Virus record (IMG/VR): IMGVR_UViG_3300031758_000068
Span: 1-63,596 of that record
Reading direction: 5' to 3' (one strand)
DNA from: a virus
Lineage: Duplodnaviria > Caudoviricetes
Length of the DNA: 63,596 bases
In this document: one piece after another, positions 63,481 to 63,596 of the stretch
Position numbering within the stretch: the first letter of the stretch is position 1
How the letters are laid out: each line of letters opens with the position of its first letter
The notes under the pieces: generated by a model
Databases searched by the model: none
What the model saw: the letters and a program-made list of their open reading frames with translations, nothing else
What the model was told of the DNA's origin: nothing
Position numbers and translations under genes: made by a program

Positions 63481-63554
63481 TGATTCCAATAGGAGTCGAA
63501 CCTATAACCTATGCCTTAGAAGGGCAGTGCTCTATCCAATTGAGCTATGGAACC
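63481..63554 (-). tRNA. tRNA-Arg (anticodon UCU)
   Basis: Minus strand GGTTCCA-TAGCTCAATTGGATAGAGCA-CTGCC-CTTCTAA-GGCAT-AGGTT-ATAGGTTCGACTCCTAT-TGGAATC-A: acceptor stem, D arm, TTCGA loop. CCA is not encoded. Confidence 0.93.
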
Positions 63555-63596
63555 ATGTGCTACTGAACGCAGTAGCCACCTTACCTATCCCTTAAA

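Noticed and set aside
1-63596. Stop-codon reassignment (TAG/TGA), known in some crAss-like phages
   Set aside because: Genes up to 13 kb are uninterrupted under the standard code, TAG and TGA both terminate genes at sensible positions, and the tRNA present is not a suppressor.
1-63596. CRISPR array, integrase/transposase, diversity-generating retroelement
   Set aside because: No regularly spaced DNA repeats, recombinase or reverse-transcriptase motifs were seen; the repeats found are diverged protein-level duplications.

Overview
This window is part of a crAss-like (Crassvirales-type) phage genome, probably infecting a Bacteroidota host. It is AT-rich, uses the standard genetic code and has two convergent blocks. 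Bases 1-44967 (+ strand) carry eight very large putative virion/ejection-protein genes. The first four are modular 'polyvalent' proteins punctuated by x-x-GG and LPxAQxG motifs. The fifth is a 988-aa protein of unknown function. The last three are giants (2283, ~4375 and 1977 aa); the middle one is the virion RNA polymerase (GGDFDVD) with a C-terminal ASCH, P-loop kinase and AlkB tail. Bases 45037-63554 (- strand) carry the replication/early block: family B DNA polymerase, PD-(D/E)xK exonuclease, MoxR ATPase and vWA-metallopeptidase cluster, primase, SSB-like protein, Sak4-like ATPase, DnaB-like helicase, uracil-DNA glycosylase, small ORFs and tRNA-Arg(UCU). The most striking unexplained pattern is that on my reading the three giant proteins (~8,600 aa) contain only four cysteines. 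All four sit at the gene-order junctions (...NCPG* / MITC... and ...KCNN* / MPC...), suggesting a head-to-tail disulfide-linked ejection chain. Other leads are GG-delimited effector polyproteins with a duplicated pre-toxin-like module, paired C-/N-terminal docking tags, and a promoter motif with a palindromic operator at fixed spacing. All domain calls come from reading motifs by eye; no database searches were run.
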